Below the pieces are notes generated by a model. That model saw only the letters and a list, made by a program, of their open reading frames with translations, was not told the DNA's origin and made no database searches. A stretch of 40,779 nt of DNA from Octopus sinensis (Eukaryota), in the NCBI RefSeq assembly GCF_006345805.1, contig NW_021835352.1:1-40779 (forward strand), given 5' to 3'. Positions 22,394-34,374 of the stretch are shown in pieces (the stretch's first letter is position 1; each line of letters opens with the position of its first letter). A program made the position numbers and the translations under genes.

Positions 22394-22431
22394 CTGTTAC
22401 TTAGCGTTTCACGTTCCCGTTCGTCGAACAG
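22394..22431 (-). ncRNA. Type I HHR-like motif with variant core UCGACGA
   Basis: CUGU-UCGACGA-ACG-GGAA-CGU-GAA-AC-GCUAA-GU-A-ACAG; a decayed relative lies at 39634-39670 (+). Confidence 0.55.
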
Positions 22432-22744
22432 TTTTGTTAATATATATATATATATGTATATATATATACGTATGTATGTGTATATTTTTGTGTGTCTGTG
22501 TTTGTCCCCAACATCGCTTGACAACCGATGCTGGTGTGTTTACGTTCCCGTAACTTAGCTGTTCGGCAAAAGAGACCAATAGAATAAGTACTAGGCTTGC
22601 AAAGAATAAGTCCTGGGATCGATTTCTTCAACTAATTACGGTGCTCCAGCATGGCCGCAGTCAGATGACTGAATCAAGTAAAAGAGTAAAAGAGAGCAAA
22701 GAGTAAATTAAACAATGATAAAAATCTATGGACAAGCACAATAA

Positions 22745-22962
22745 CACCTAAAATGTCTTAACCGAGTTAGCCACTACACACATTTTTTTCTCTACTTGTT
22801 TCTCTCCTTGTTTTTTTTTTCTGTGTCCCTTTCTGTAGAGGAGTTTAGGCTCGAAACGTAAAAGATTTTATTCAATTCCTGAGCGTTATACCGTTTGTTT
22901 TGTACACCACCCGTCTTCGTCTTTTGTTTTTTTTTTTTGTGAACTCTCCCCTTATACCTATT
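22745..22962 (+). mobile_element. Short HHR-bearing element (copy 2; motif at 22829-22864)
   Basis: CUUU-CUGUAGA-G-GAGU-UUAG-GCUC-GAA-ACGU-A-AAAG. Confidence 0.75.
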
Positions 22963-23502
22963 ATGATTATTCCATTTATAGCCATAGTCTTGGCTAGAGA
23001 TGCTGTGCTTTTCAGACAAACATAAAGAGAACAATTTACATGATTTAAACATTTTCAGAATCTGCAAATGAAACTGAAATATGCAAAGCATGTTTAAATT
23101 TCTTAATCTTAGACATTATTGTTTTTATTGTTGCTGCTAGAACTTTTGCTGCTCTGATTAATATTCTTCTTGTTGTTGGTGGTGTTAGCAATAGTGTTGG
23201 TATTGGTGATGATGGCGATGCTGTTAAAATTAAAATGACAATTAAGAAATTTAGTACTGAAATAGAAGCCACCGTATTCTTTAGAGGGGCATTTCAAATG
23301 TACTTTTAAAATAATGATACACAAGCATACATACACACATACATATATACATATACATGCACACATAAGTACATACATATACACATATATACATATATAC
23401 ATGCATACATAAGTACATACATACACACATAAGCACATACAAATAATACATATGTAAATTTATGTATAGAGTTATACGTGATAACATACCTATATATACA
23501 TA

Positions 23503-23569
<67 letters not shown>

Positions 23570-23591
23570 AGTATCTATGTTTGTGTGTAAG

Positions 23592-23663
<72 letters not shown>

Positions 23664-24084
23664 GTATACATATGGAAAGAGGGGGTGTATTTCCACACAG
23701 GAAAAAATATCGAAGAATTTGTTCTTGAAAATACACCTGAATTTGAAAAACTTGTAATTGTTTTTAAATAAATCTATTTACAAACATACTAAATTAATTT
23801 CAGCAATATTTTGTTTATCGATGGTATACACAAATGTATATAAAACAATGAGATTTTAACAGTTTAAAATTGCCAAATAGAAAACATGTTTAAATGGTTA
23901 AATGTTCAAAAGATTCAGTCACAGGAGTAGATAATATCGACAGTGATCATAGGCTGCAGGTAGCAAACCTGCTGTGCATGTAAGACTCCAGGAGCTCCAA
24001 CAAAACCTGTGATCGGGAGAAATATTAATATTAATGATAATGATACTATATAAATATATACATATAAACCAACCTCTTTATTTT

Positions 24085-24903
24085 AATAGAAATAGACAAA
24101 GCAAAATCCCAACAATGGCTGAGCAGCTCAGAACTCAAAGCAGAGATTGAAGGATTTTTATTTGCAGCACAAGCTCAGAGCCTTCCCACCAGAAATTACC
24201 AAAAACATGTAATGAAAAGAAATATAACAAGTATCTGCAGAATATGTGCGATGGAAATGAAACAATAAATCATGTTGTGTCTGGCTGCCAGTCCTGGTTA
24301 AGAAGGAATGTATTCAGAGACATGACAGAGTTGAGACCTATATACATCGGAAGCTATGTCAACACTATGGAATAACAAAAGAAAAAAGATGTTATAGGTT
24401 ATAGGCACACGCCAGAAAAGGTCACAGAAAAAGAAAAAGCAACTATACTCTGGGATATGCCAATACACACAGATAGAGAAATTAAGAACAATAGGCCGGA
24501 TATAGTTGTCAGAGATCACCAAGAAAGTAAATGCTTTCTATTCGATGAATCAATACCAACAGATGACAATGCTTATCTAAAGAAACGGAGAAACTTTCAA
24601 AATACAAAGATCTGGAAATAGAGGTAACTCGAATGGGTAGTCTAAAAACAGTTAATTCCTATCATAGTAGACGCATTAGGTATGATAAGAAAAATATTCA
24701 GACAAATACATAACAAAAACACCAGGACTAACAAGTATGTATAACATACAAAAAATAGCACTACTAGGCACTGCACACATCCTACGTAAAATACTTTCAA
24801 TACAGTAATAATAAGAGCATTACAACAAACCACAGCACATACCCAAGGCACACAGAGCTGCGCTCGGTTGTGCAGTGAACGCACGTGATAAAAATAAGAC
24901 TAT

Positions 24904-24975
<72 letters not shown>

Positions 24976-25040
24976 GTAATAATAACAACAACAAAAACAA
25001 CAACAACAACAACAACAACAATAATAATAATGATAATAAC

Positions 25041-25080
<40 letters not shown>

Positions 25081-25100
25081 TAATAATAATATTAATAATA
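24085..25100 (+). mobile_element. R4/Dong-like RLE LINE 3' part (zinc knuckle, PD-(D/E)xK endonuclease, 3' UTR) with (TAA)n/(CAA)n tail
   Basis: QWLSSSELKAEIEGFLFAAQ...CRIC...ETINHVVSGC...RHDRV...ILWD...NRPDIVV...EKLSKYKDLEIE...IALLGTAHILRKIL, with several frameshifts. Confidence 0.9.
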
Positions 25101-25104
25101 ATAA

Positions 25105-25375
25105 ATGTCTTGATGCAGTACCAGACAGTAGCTCTCATAGCTTCTGATCTTAACTAATTGGAAGTGTTATCATATACATTGTTTGTCTTGGTATAAAAGA
25201 TAGGCTACAGCAAAAATTCTGCTCAATACCACAGATTTGCTTGTCACTTGTTTGACCTTAACCAGTTGACCATGTCCCTTAGTGGCTGACGATATGTGCA
25301 TCTCTGATCACGAGCAGAAGTAGTGGGGGAGCATCATAGCCGTGTGTTGAAAGGAATTCTTAGAGGTTGGATAAT
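25105..25375 (+). mobile_element. SINE-like interspersed repeat (family unassigned; strand uncertain)
   Basis: Sequence I recognise as an abundant octopus repeat (gatcacgagcagaagtagtgggggagcatcatagcc); single copy here. Confidence 0.45.
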
Positions 25376-25420
25376 TCTCCTTTGGAGACATGGTTTGTTC
25401 GTTCAATATCCTTAAAAAAT

Positions 25421-25477
<57 letters not shown>

Positions 25478-25556
25478 GTATGTATAAATAATGTACACCT
25501 ATCAACTTGTCTATATAATCCATGTATGTATCTATCTTCATATATATGTACTCGTG

Positions 25557-25600
<44 letters not shown>

Positions 25601-25601
<1 letters not shown>

Positions 25602-26155
25602 AACTTTCGTTGTAGAACAAACAACAAAGTTAAGGTCATCCACGTAACATATCACATCTCGAACATTTAATCACATAATGCTTTTTCTTATACATAGAAC
25701 ATAGATGCATAAAATCACAAAAGATGAAACATAGTTCATTTAGACAAGCATATAAGAAGAATGGGTGAGTACAGTCTATTGCGATTAAAAATTGATAATT
25801 AATACTTTAGCGACTAAAAAAGTTTTTAACATTATAGCATCTAGAATAATAAATATATAAAAAATATAAAAATATATAAATATATAAAAATATAAAGATA
25901 CACATATATAGGAAACATATAAATATATAATATATAAGGCAAGATAAAAGTTCATCGATTAGGAATGTTTTCGATTAACAATTACTTTTTAAGATAAGGG
26001 GAAAACCTATTATAAAAAGTCAGTGTCCAAGCAAAAAAGAAGAAACCATATTTACTTTCCTTATGGACATTTCAGGGGTTCATCACCGTATTTAATGAGA
26101 TGTATTTAATGAGGTGGATGACTTAAATTTGTTGTTTGTTCTACGACCAAAGTTT
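25601..26155. repeat. ~42-bp inverted repeat pair, one arm abutting (TA)n
   Basis: 25601-25643 versus the reverse complement of 26114-26155: 3 substitutions and 1 indel. Confidence 0.85.
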
Positions 26156-26407
26156 GTTATTCTTGTCTTATTTACTTGAGCACATCTATAACAGTCCTAT
26201 TAAACATTTTGTTCCTGATAAGAAACAATCACTATTATTATTGATATATATATATAGAAGCCTAGGTGTTATATCTATGTATTTCCTATTTCCCATCAAC
26301 ACTTCAGGGTATTTTGTTGACAAACCCGGCCTGTCAACATGTCCAAATTTAATTGTATTTCTCATTCATATTCAAAGTCATTCAGCTTGTTTCGTCTATT
26401 GTTGCAG

Positions 26408-26472
26408 GTGGTTGGCCTAACCCACGCATATACAATGCCATTTCATTAAGAGCATTTACAACCATAGCGAAT
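26408..26472 (+). CDS. Candidate 65-bp exon ([22 protein letters not shown]), unverified
   Basis: Strong acceptor ttgtttcgtctattgttgcag|G, donor AAT|gtatgt, only one frame open; no homology recognised. Confidence 0.3.
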
Positions 26473-26544
26473 GTATGTATGTAAAGCCTTATGCATAAAA
26501 TGTATAAGGCATTACATATATACATGTATATGTATACAATTATA

Positions 26545-26598
<54 letters not shown>

Positions 26599-26649
26599 CA
26601 TATATGTACACACACACATATATATATACATACATACATATATATATAT

Positions 26650-26700
<51 letters not shown>

Positions 26701-26707
<7 letters not shown>

Positions 26708-26752
26708 AGATTAGGTCGTATACGAGTATAATAAGATTAGGTCGTATACGAG
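26701..26752. repeat. Exact 26-bp tandem duplication at an element end next to (TA)n
   Basis: tataataagattaggtcgtatacgag x2. Confidence 0.95.
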
Positions 26753-26966
26753 TGGGTATATATTTGCAAAAAAGAAGTTTGAAAATGCCACTATATTAGA
26801 TAAATTTTAATTTTTACATGTTTCGGTTTTTGAAATAACGAAACTTATCAAAAAGAATTTTTTTATAATAAAGAGTATAATGGAATAGTTCATAATTGTT
26901 TCATACATTCAATAGAGTCCATGCTATATACATAAAAAGTATATATATATATATGTACATAAAAAG

Positions 26967-26998
<32 letters not shown>

Positions 26999-27009
26999 TA
27001 TATATATAT

Positions 27010-27055
<46 letters not shown>

Positions 27056-27059
27056 AGGT

Positions 27060-27200
27060 AAACAGTAAAAATAATTACAGACATGGACAAGAACATGAAA
27101 CACCACAGAGACGACACAAGAACCACAGGACGGGACATTCGAAGCCCTCAGTCATCAGTCAAGAACCAGATCATCGTAGCAATTTCGGCTGATTAATCTT
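27060..27200 (-). mobile_element. Short (TA)n-flanked element with isolated CCGAAA and CTGATGA motifs
   Basis: Minus strand cagccgaaattgc...gactgatgactgagggcttcgaatgtc; no complete HHR fold found. Confidence 0.4.
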
Positions 27201-27231
27201 GACATATATATATATATACATATATATATAC

Positions 27232-27273
<42 letters not shown>

Positions 27274-27340
27274 ATATGTATGAATGTATGCATATATATT
27301 ATATATACATATATATATAATATATATCTATCTATCTATC

Positions 27341-27440
<100 letters not shown>

Positions 27441-27905
27441 TATATTTACGTTTGTATATATTGTCTGCAGACATTAGGTGTCTGCAGACATAGAGACCTA
27501 CATATAATCACGTAGGCACCCACACCTTTACACGTTCGCCCACATTGCAGTACATAATAAACACACAAAAGCCCAAATTAACAACCATGTCAGTCATAAA
27601 GTCGTTTAGAGAAACATAAACTACTTTATGATTATGTTGCAGCTGTTATATGAGTGTCAACACGCACACACACACATATACACACATATACACACACATG
27701 TATAAACGTACTCACATACACACACATGTGTAAAAGTACGTATATACACACACTTGTACTTAAACCCAACATTGACTCCACACCCTTTTTTCCTTGATCG
27801 GTCTTTCTGGAATACTGTAACACATACCAACACATTATATATGTAAACGTGCGCACACACACACATACATACGTGCATGCATGCATACATAAATACATAC
27901 GTACA

Positions 27906-28862
27906 TTCATACATACATACATACTTAGAGATGAGACCCGAGTCATTGATGTGAAAATCCGAAAAATACTGACAAGCACACATAATTTCCACCTAAACTA
28001 TGACGTAGACCGTCTCTGCCTAAAACGAAAACACGGCGGCAGAAGCTTAATATCCATCCAAAATTCCTTTGAATATCGCATCTTATCTCTTCGGTAACAT
28101 CTTTTAACCAACAAGTATCGAAGTGCATCCCTTGACCAAGTTAGCACACAATACGCTGATAACAGCATAATACTTTGAAGGCAGCTACTTGAGCAATATT
28201 CTTTGTCTGATAACCTAGATTACATGCCCAAAGAAGTTGCACTACTCTACTGCAACGTGTCCTCAGATGAAACGATGAGCCTATGTGAGCAGAAGATATG
28301 TTAGTAGAAAGCTTCGAGATGATAGTAACATTGATCATGAAAGCAGTCTATCATGGACCAATAGCCGGATTACTACCTCCCACTTTGAAGTGTATGCGTT
28401 TGCAATCCAGGAATAGGAAATATCCACCAAGTAGCTGATGCACAAAAGAGATGGACATGCAGGAAAAGCAGTAAAATGTGACAACCGATGCAGACTTTGT
28501 GGAGTTAACACCGAAGATATCACCCGCATCATAAGCAGTTGTCCGAAAATGTCATCACGATATTATATACCGATGAGACATAAGAACCTACAGTACGGTA
28601 GAAGCCATAGCCACGCAAAATAAAAAGGAGTATTGCTGGAATGTCCCAGTGAAGACCTCAATAAAATGTAAGCACAACAGACCTGCTATAATGATTTGGG
28701 ATGGAGAGGAGAAACTGTGCACAGTTGTGGAAATTATCTGCCCAGCGGATGTTAACATAAAGCTGAAGATCAGTGAAAAAGAGAATTCCTATGCTGAATT
28801 TAGAAATCTGCAGTTACTCTGTTCAGATTACAAGTTCAGATTTATACCTGTAATTATTGGAG
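27906..28862 (+). mobile_element. R4/Dong-like RLE LINE fragment (RT C-terminus, CCHC knuckle, endonuclease)
   Basis: DVDRLCLKRKHGGRSL...CRLCGVNTEDITRIISSCP...RH...NRPAIMIWD...VVEIICPAD...FIPVIIG, with stops and deletions. Confidence 0.88.
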
Positions 28863-29023
28863 AAGGAGAAGAAGAAGAAGAAGAAGAAGAAGAAGAAGAA
28901 GAAGAAGAAAAGAAGAAGAAGAAGGAGAAGAAGAAGAATGAGAAGGAGAAGAAGAAGAAGGAGAAGGAGAATAACAACAACAACAAAAGCAACAACAAGA
29001 ACAAGAACAAGAACAACAATAAC

Positions 29024-29080
<57 letters not shown>

Positions 29081-29092
29081 TATAATAATAAT
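28863..29092. repeat. (GAA)n-(CAA)n-(TAA)n compound trinucleotide microsatellite
   Basis: Direct reading. Confidence 0.95.
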
Positions 29093-29580
29093 TCAAACAT
29101 TAAAACGAGAAGAAACATTAAAATGAAAGTTTATTGCGTCTGATGTCAAATAAGGCAGCGTCGAATTATCCACGCCAATAAATGGCCCCAAAATAGCCGA
29201 ACTAAAATGTTTCATACCCACCATGGTGTATGTGGGTCCCCTTATCTTCAAAGTTTGATGTTTTGTGTTTGAGTCCAAAAATTAAGTACCGGCGGAGCTC
29301 ACTCGGACAAAAACCATGGGTGGCTACTAACCGGAAATCTAATTTGTTGAAGACAGATTAGATTCCCAGGAGTGTCATGCTTCTGGAAAGAGTTTTCGGT
29401 TGTCTTGGATCGCGGTTGCCCTTGGATCAGTCTCTGTCCTTCACAGTAAAAACATTGATCTTGGGTATTTTGCACCGCCACATCACGAAATAGATTCAAG
29501 TCCTTTGTGCTTTTGTGTGTTTTGTTTTTGCGTTTGTGTGTGTTGTGTGAGTGTGAGAGGGAGAGAGGGAGAAAGAGAAA

Positions 29581-29614
<34 letters not shown>

Positions 29615-30995
29615 GTGCGAGACAGAAAGGAAGAGAGTGTGTGTGCATGGATGAGCATGCAGCCATGTTTAAATTTATTCGAACCTACTCCTTAAATAAT
29701 GTAGATGTGGATGTATATGTGTCTTTGAACTGAGATATGTGTACCTATTGTTGTATGTGCGTGTGCGTGTACTTTTGTTGTGTGTGTATGTGTGTATGAG
29801 TGAGTGAGAGAGAGAGAGAGAAAGAGAGTGAGAGAGAAAGAGGAAGAAAGAGAAAGAGGGGAGAGAGAGTGAGAAAGACAATGTGTATGTGTGTATGGCT
29901 AATCATGCAAATATGAATGCATTTCTCTCGGCTGTTCTAGGCAGATGGAGTAGATGTAACATATTCAGTAGCTGTCGGAACAATTCTCTTCTTACCCACG
30001 TGACTACATCCTACATTGCTGTAACCCTTTAAGCGGTACAGTCATTAAAATTTCTTCATTTGAAGAAGGACAGATATGTACAATGATGTACAAGACAACA
30101 ATTAGGAAGAGGGGAAATGGCTAACATCAAATTCGAATGTCAGCCATTTTCCTGTAAAAGTTTCCAATTTCCTTCTAGGTAATAAGCCGATGGATTGGAA
30201 GAAGTCTGTAAGAGCGTCAAATAGATTGACTTAGACTCTAAGTCTTAGAGTATCTGATTCAGTTATCTGCACTCTGAGTAATCCCGCTGAAGTAACCTTC
30301 CAATCCCGCTGTAGTAAACTTTGATTTTTACCATTCCAGGATCGGTTTATAATTCAGTTCAAGTACTGAGATCGATATTGCTCATTCTACCACTCTTTGT
30401 CTCTCACTCTCCACTTACTTCTCTCTCTCGTTCTCAATAACTCTCCTTCATCCCTTTCACGCTCCCTTTCTTTCTTATTCGTAATCGACTTCGTTGCGTA
30501 ATGAGAATGGTCGTCAGGGCTGATGACCCACTTTGTCCCTTTTTTTCACCAGGATTAGAACTGAGTTGAGCAGAGGGTTATCAACCATTCCTCGCTGAAA
30601 ACCCCCACCAAAAAAAACACAGATACGGTACCAGTTCATAGAAAGGGCCAATAGAGTGGAAACAAAAATAAAGAACTGAGATCTATGCAATATGTTAGAT
30701 AAATTTCTTTTATCAAAACGAACAAATGTACAGTTATCAGTAACCCGCACATCAAACGAAGCAGAAGGTAGAATATAAATATTTATAAATGCATGCGCGG
30801 GCGCATGCGCATATGCGCATTTGGGTTCTGTGTGTGTATATATAGTGTATAGAAGAGGATAATGAGTATGTGAATATCGTTTCTGTAAATAAATGCATAT
30901 GTGTGAGTGTATGCGTGTGTGTGAGTGAATACGTGTGTATGTGTAATTACGTATACTTATAGTGATGTTTAAGACTAGGGTAGCAATCAAAACGA

Positions 30996-31669
30996 TAATG
31001 ATGATGTGGTAGGTAGATCATTTGAGGATGTGTTGTTGCAGACATTTTTGAAGGACGACGGGGACGACGACGCCGGCGTCGACTATGATGATGATGATGA
31101 TGATGACAACGATGTGTCGATGATGACGCCATCAACGTTGACTATAGCGACGTCGACGACGACGACGATGACGATGATGATGATGATAAAGACGACCATG
31201 AAGTCGATGATGACATCAACGTTGACAATAGCGACGTCGACGACAATGATGATAACGATCATAATGATGATAACGATAATGATGATGATGATAATGATGA
31301 TGACGGAGGCGACGATGATGACGACACAATGACTAGGACGACGACGACGACGATGATGATGATGATGATGATGATGACGATGATGATAAAGACGACAGTG
31401 AGGTCGATGATGACGTCAATGCTGACAATAACGAGGATGGCGACGTCGACGATATGTCATTAATAATGATGATGATCACGATGTTGAGGATGATGATGAT
31501 AATGATGATGGTAATAAGGATAATGATGTCGACAATGATGCTGACGACGACAACAAAGAAGACGATGAGGATAATAATGCTGCAGTTGCTGATACCTAGT
31601 GGTTATAACGTTGGTGTGGAGGAGGAGGATGAGGAGGGCGAATACGGCAATGATGATGATGATGATGGC

Positions 31670-31703
<34 letters not shown>

Positions 31704-31908
31704 CGGATGATGATGAGGATGATGATGCGGATGATGATGATGATGATGCGGATGATGATGATGATGCGGATGATGATGATGACGATAATGATGATGATGA
31801 TAATGATGCGGATGATGATGATGATGATGATGATGCGGATGATAATGATGATTATGATGATGATGATGATAATGATGCGGATGATGATGATTATGATAAT
31901 GAGGATGC

Positions 31909-31955
<47 letters not shown>

Positions 31956-31985
31956 TGGATGATGATTATGATGATGTCGGGGAAT
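30996..31985 (+). repeat. ~1-kb degenerate (GAT/GAC)n repeat with higher-order subunits
   Basis: Subunit gtcgatgatgac..caacgttgac.atagcgacgtcgac at 31116, 31203 and 31403; GCG-GAT-GAT periodicity at ~31700-31910. Confidence 0.9.
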
Positions 31986-32111
31986 GATATTGAAATTACC
32001 AACGATATCTTATCGAATAGAAAGATTCGTTCGGCGAAGAAAGCAAACGCAAGAAAGAATATAAAGGGGAAGCTGAAATAACATTACCATTTTGCAAAAT
32101 ACCCCTACCAC

Positions 32112-32342
32112 TGGCAATACCCGTTTAGCAGAAACGTTAGAACGCCGGGCGAAATGCGTAGCCGTATTTCGTCTGCCGTTACGTTCTGAGTTCAAATTCC
32201 GCCGAGGTCGACTTTGCCTTTCATCCTTTCGGGGTCGATAAATAAAGTACCAGTTACGCACTGGGGTCGATGTAATCGACTTAATCCCTTTGTCTGTCCT
32301 TATTTGTCCCCTCTATGTTTAGCCCCTTGTGGGCAGTAAATA
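32112..32342 (+). mobile_element. SINE family S1
   Basis: Near-identical to 3287-3519. Confidence 0.9.
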
Positions 32343-32544
32343 TATATATATATATGCATATTGTAAACGAACGGCGATATTCATAGAACCACAGAATGAA
32401 ACGGAACACAGTAAAACAACAACAACAACAACAACAGGAAGAGAAGCAGCAACAACAACAAACGAAAAGAAAAAGGAATAGTGATTTTAATGTCAACGAA
32501 AATGATTGAATTGCAGTGGTTATTTGATATAACAACTTTTTCAG

Positions 32545-32634
32545 GGCTGGCAGCACGTGGTACAGAATCAGTGCAAGGAGATAGTAACGTTCGACAAACA
32601 CAATATACGACATCACCTGCCTGTATAGCTGTTG
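32545..32634 (+). CDS. Candidate 90-bp symmetric phase-1 exon (xLAARGTESVQGDSNVRQTQYTTSPACIAV), unverified
   Basis: Acceptor caactttttcag|G, donor TTG|gtaaca; frame-preserving length. Confidence 0.2.
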
Positions 32635-32862
32635 GTAACAACATGAAATATATGCATATGTGTGGGTATGTGTGTGTGAGTATGTGTGTGTGAGTATGTG
32701 TGTATGTATGTATATATATACCTACCTACCTACTTACCTATCTACCTACCTACCTGCATAATATATATATATATAGATATAATATATATATATATAACAT
32801 ATATATATACACATATTATATATCCATATATATATACATATATATATACATATATATATATA

Positions 32863-32913
<51 letters not shown>

Positions 32914-34374
32914 TATATATATAATATATGTTATATATATATATATATACATAGATATAAATTATATATATATGTATATATATTATGCACACGCACACAA
33001 TATATATGTATATATGTATAGATATATATGTATGTATGAGTGTGTATATCTACCTCTCTCTATATCTATGTATCTATCTATCTATTATTTATGTATGTAC
33101 ATGTACCTATGCATGCATATATATGCATATTCATAGTTGCATGTATGCATACATGTACACATATACATGAATATAGATGTTTGTGTGTGTTTGTATGTCT
33201 TTGTGTGTGCATGTGTGTGTGTGTGTGTGTGTATATGTTTCTGTGTGTGAATGTGTATCCAGCCATTGCTGAGTGGAGGTAGATATGTTTGCTATTGAGT
33301 AGGAAACGCACAAAATAAATGACGAACCAAAAAAAAAAAAGAAACCTATTAAATGCAATGCTATGACAAATATGCACCTCGCTCTTATGTAACTGCTGCC
33401 GTCGAACGATAAGAAAACAAATTGATTTGATAGAGGAAAATGCAAAAATAAAATGTGAAATATAATAAGCATGCAGTGAGCAGTGGGATATCGATCATCG
33501 ATCGGTAAAGTCTATCGGATACGTTTACTTGTCTATAATAGATTGTGTTGTGTGCTGTGTGACGGAGTGCGTAATTAACCCGCGATATATGAGTGCGTGT
33601 ATATGTACGAGTACACACACACACACACACACACATACACACACACACATACTTACACACATAAACACACACACACACACATATATATTCATACATATTT
33701 TTCTATAAATGTATATATATCATTCAACTAAGTTAGTAGTTGAATAATATTCTTAAGGCCGCAATTTACTCACAAGCAGCGTCTTCAGAGCTTGTCGCTA
33801 ATTCGGTTGTCAACAAAATGGTAAACTGTTAAAATCTTTGACATAAACACATTGAGATTTGGTTCAGTAGAAAAAATTTACATCAAAATTTGTAGCAACG
33901 CCACCAATCAAGTTTAGATCTAAATAACTTTTTATTTTAAAAGCAAAATATTTTTATATTCGATTCAATGATAGAAGAAAGCATGGAAAATTTCATAGCT
34001 CTGATTCCATGCAACAAAAGTCTGTATCAAACAAGTTGTGAGGTAAAATATCATGAAAAAATTATAAGCAAGGCAAAAAACTGAATTTAAGTATAATTAA
34101 CTTTTTTTATTGTAAAAAAAACTATATTTTAATTAAGCTTAAATGATAGAGCACAATTCGAGGAATTTCATGGTGTCAGTGAAGTTTTAAAGCAAAATGG
34201 TTATGAGTGTTTGTTTCTCAAATTCGAGGATGATAATATAGTTCTATACTTTTTTATGAATATATTTCAACGGCATCGTTGAGGTAAGGAGAAATTATCA
34301 ACGACACCGCTAATTGATACATTTGACACATTATTAATTTGCATAATAGCATAGCTTGGAAAACACATAGATTA

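Larger units (their letters stand above)
22058..22437 (-). mobile_element. Composite of two short HHR-bearing elements
   Basis: HHR-like folds at 22394-22431 and 22183-22217; (TA)n on both sides. Confidence 0.65.
21800..22700 (+). mobile_element. SINE S2 split by a nested insertion in its internal microsatellite
   Basis: Head/CORE half 21800-21960, (TA)n, foreign 22058-22437, (TA)n, tail half 22490-22700. Confidence 0.85.

Noticed and set aside
23056-23310. 83-codon open frame with a hydrophobic stretch on the + strand
   Set aside because: The hydrophobic run derives from a decayed (GTT/GCT/ATT)n repeat; no donor or homology support.
27130-27195. Hammerhead ribozyme from CTGATGA on the minus strand
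   Set aside because: No credible stem II and the GAAA is incomplete (GAA-UGUC); the upstream CCGAAA is in the wrong order for a type I fold.
30228-30251. Two overlapping perfect 8-bp-arm palindromes (gacttagactctaagtc; actctaagtcttagagt)
   Set aside because: Real, but most simply a local template-switch scar; no associated feature.
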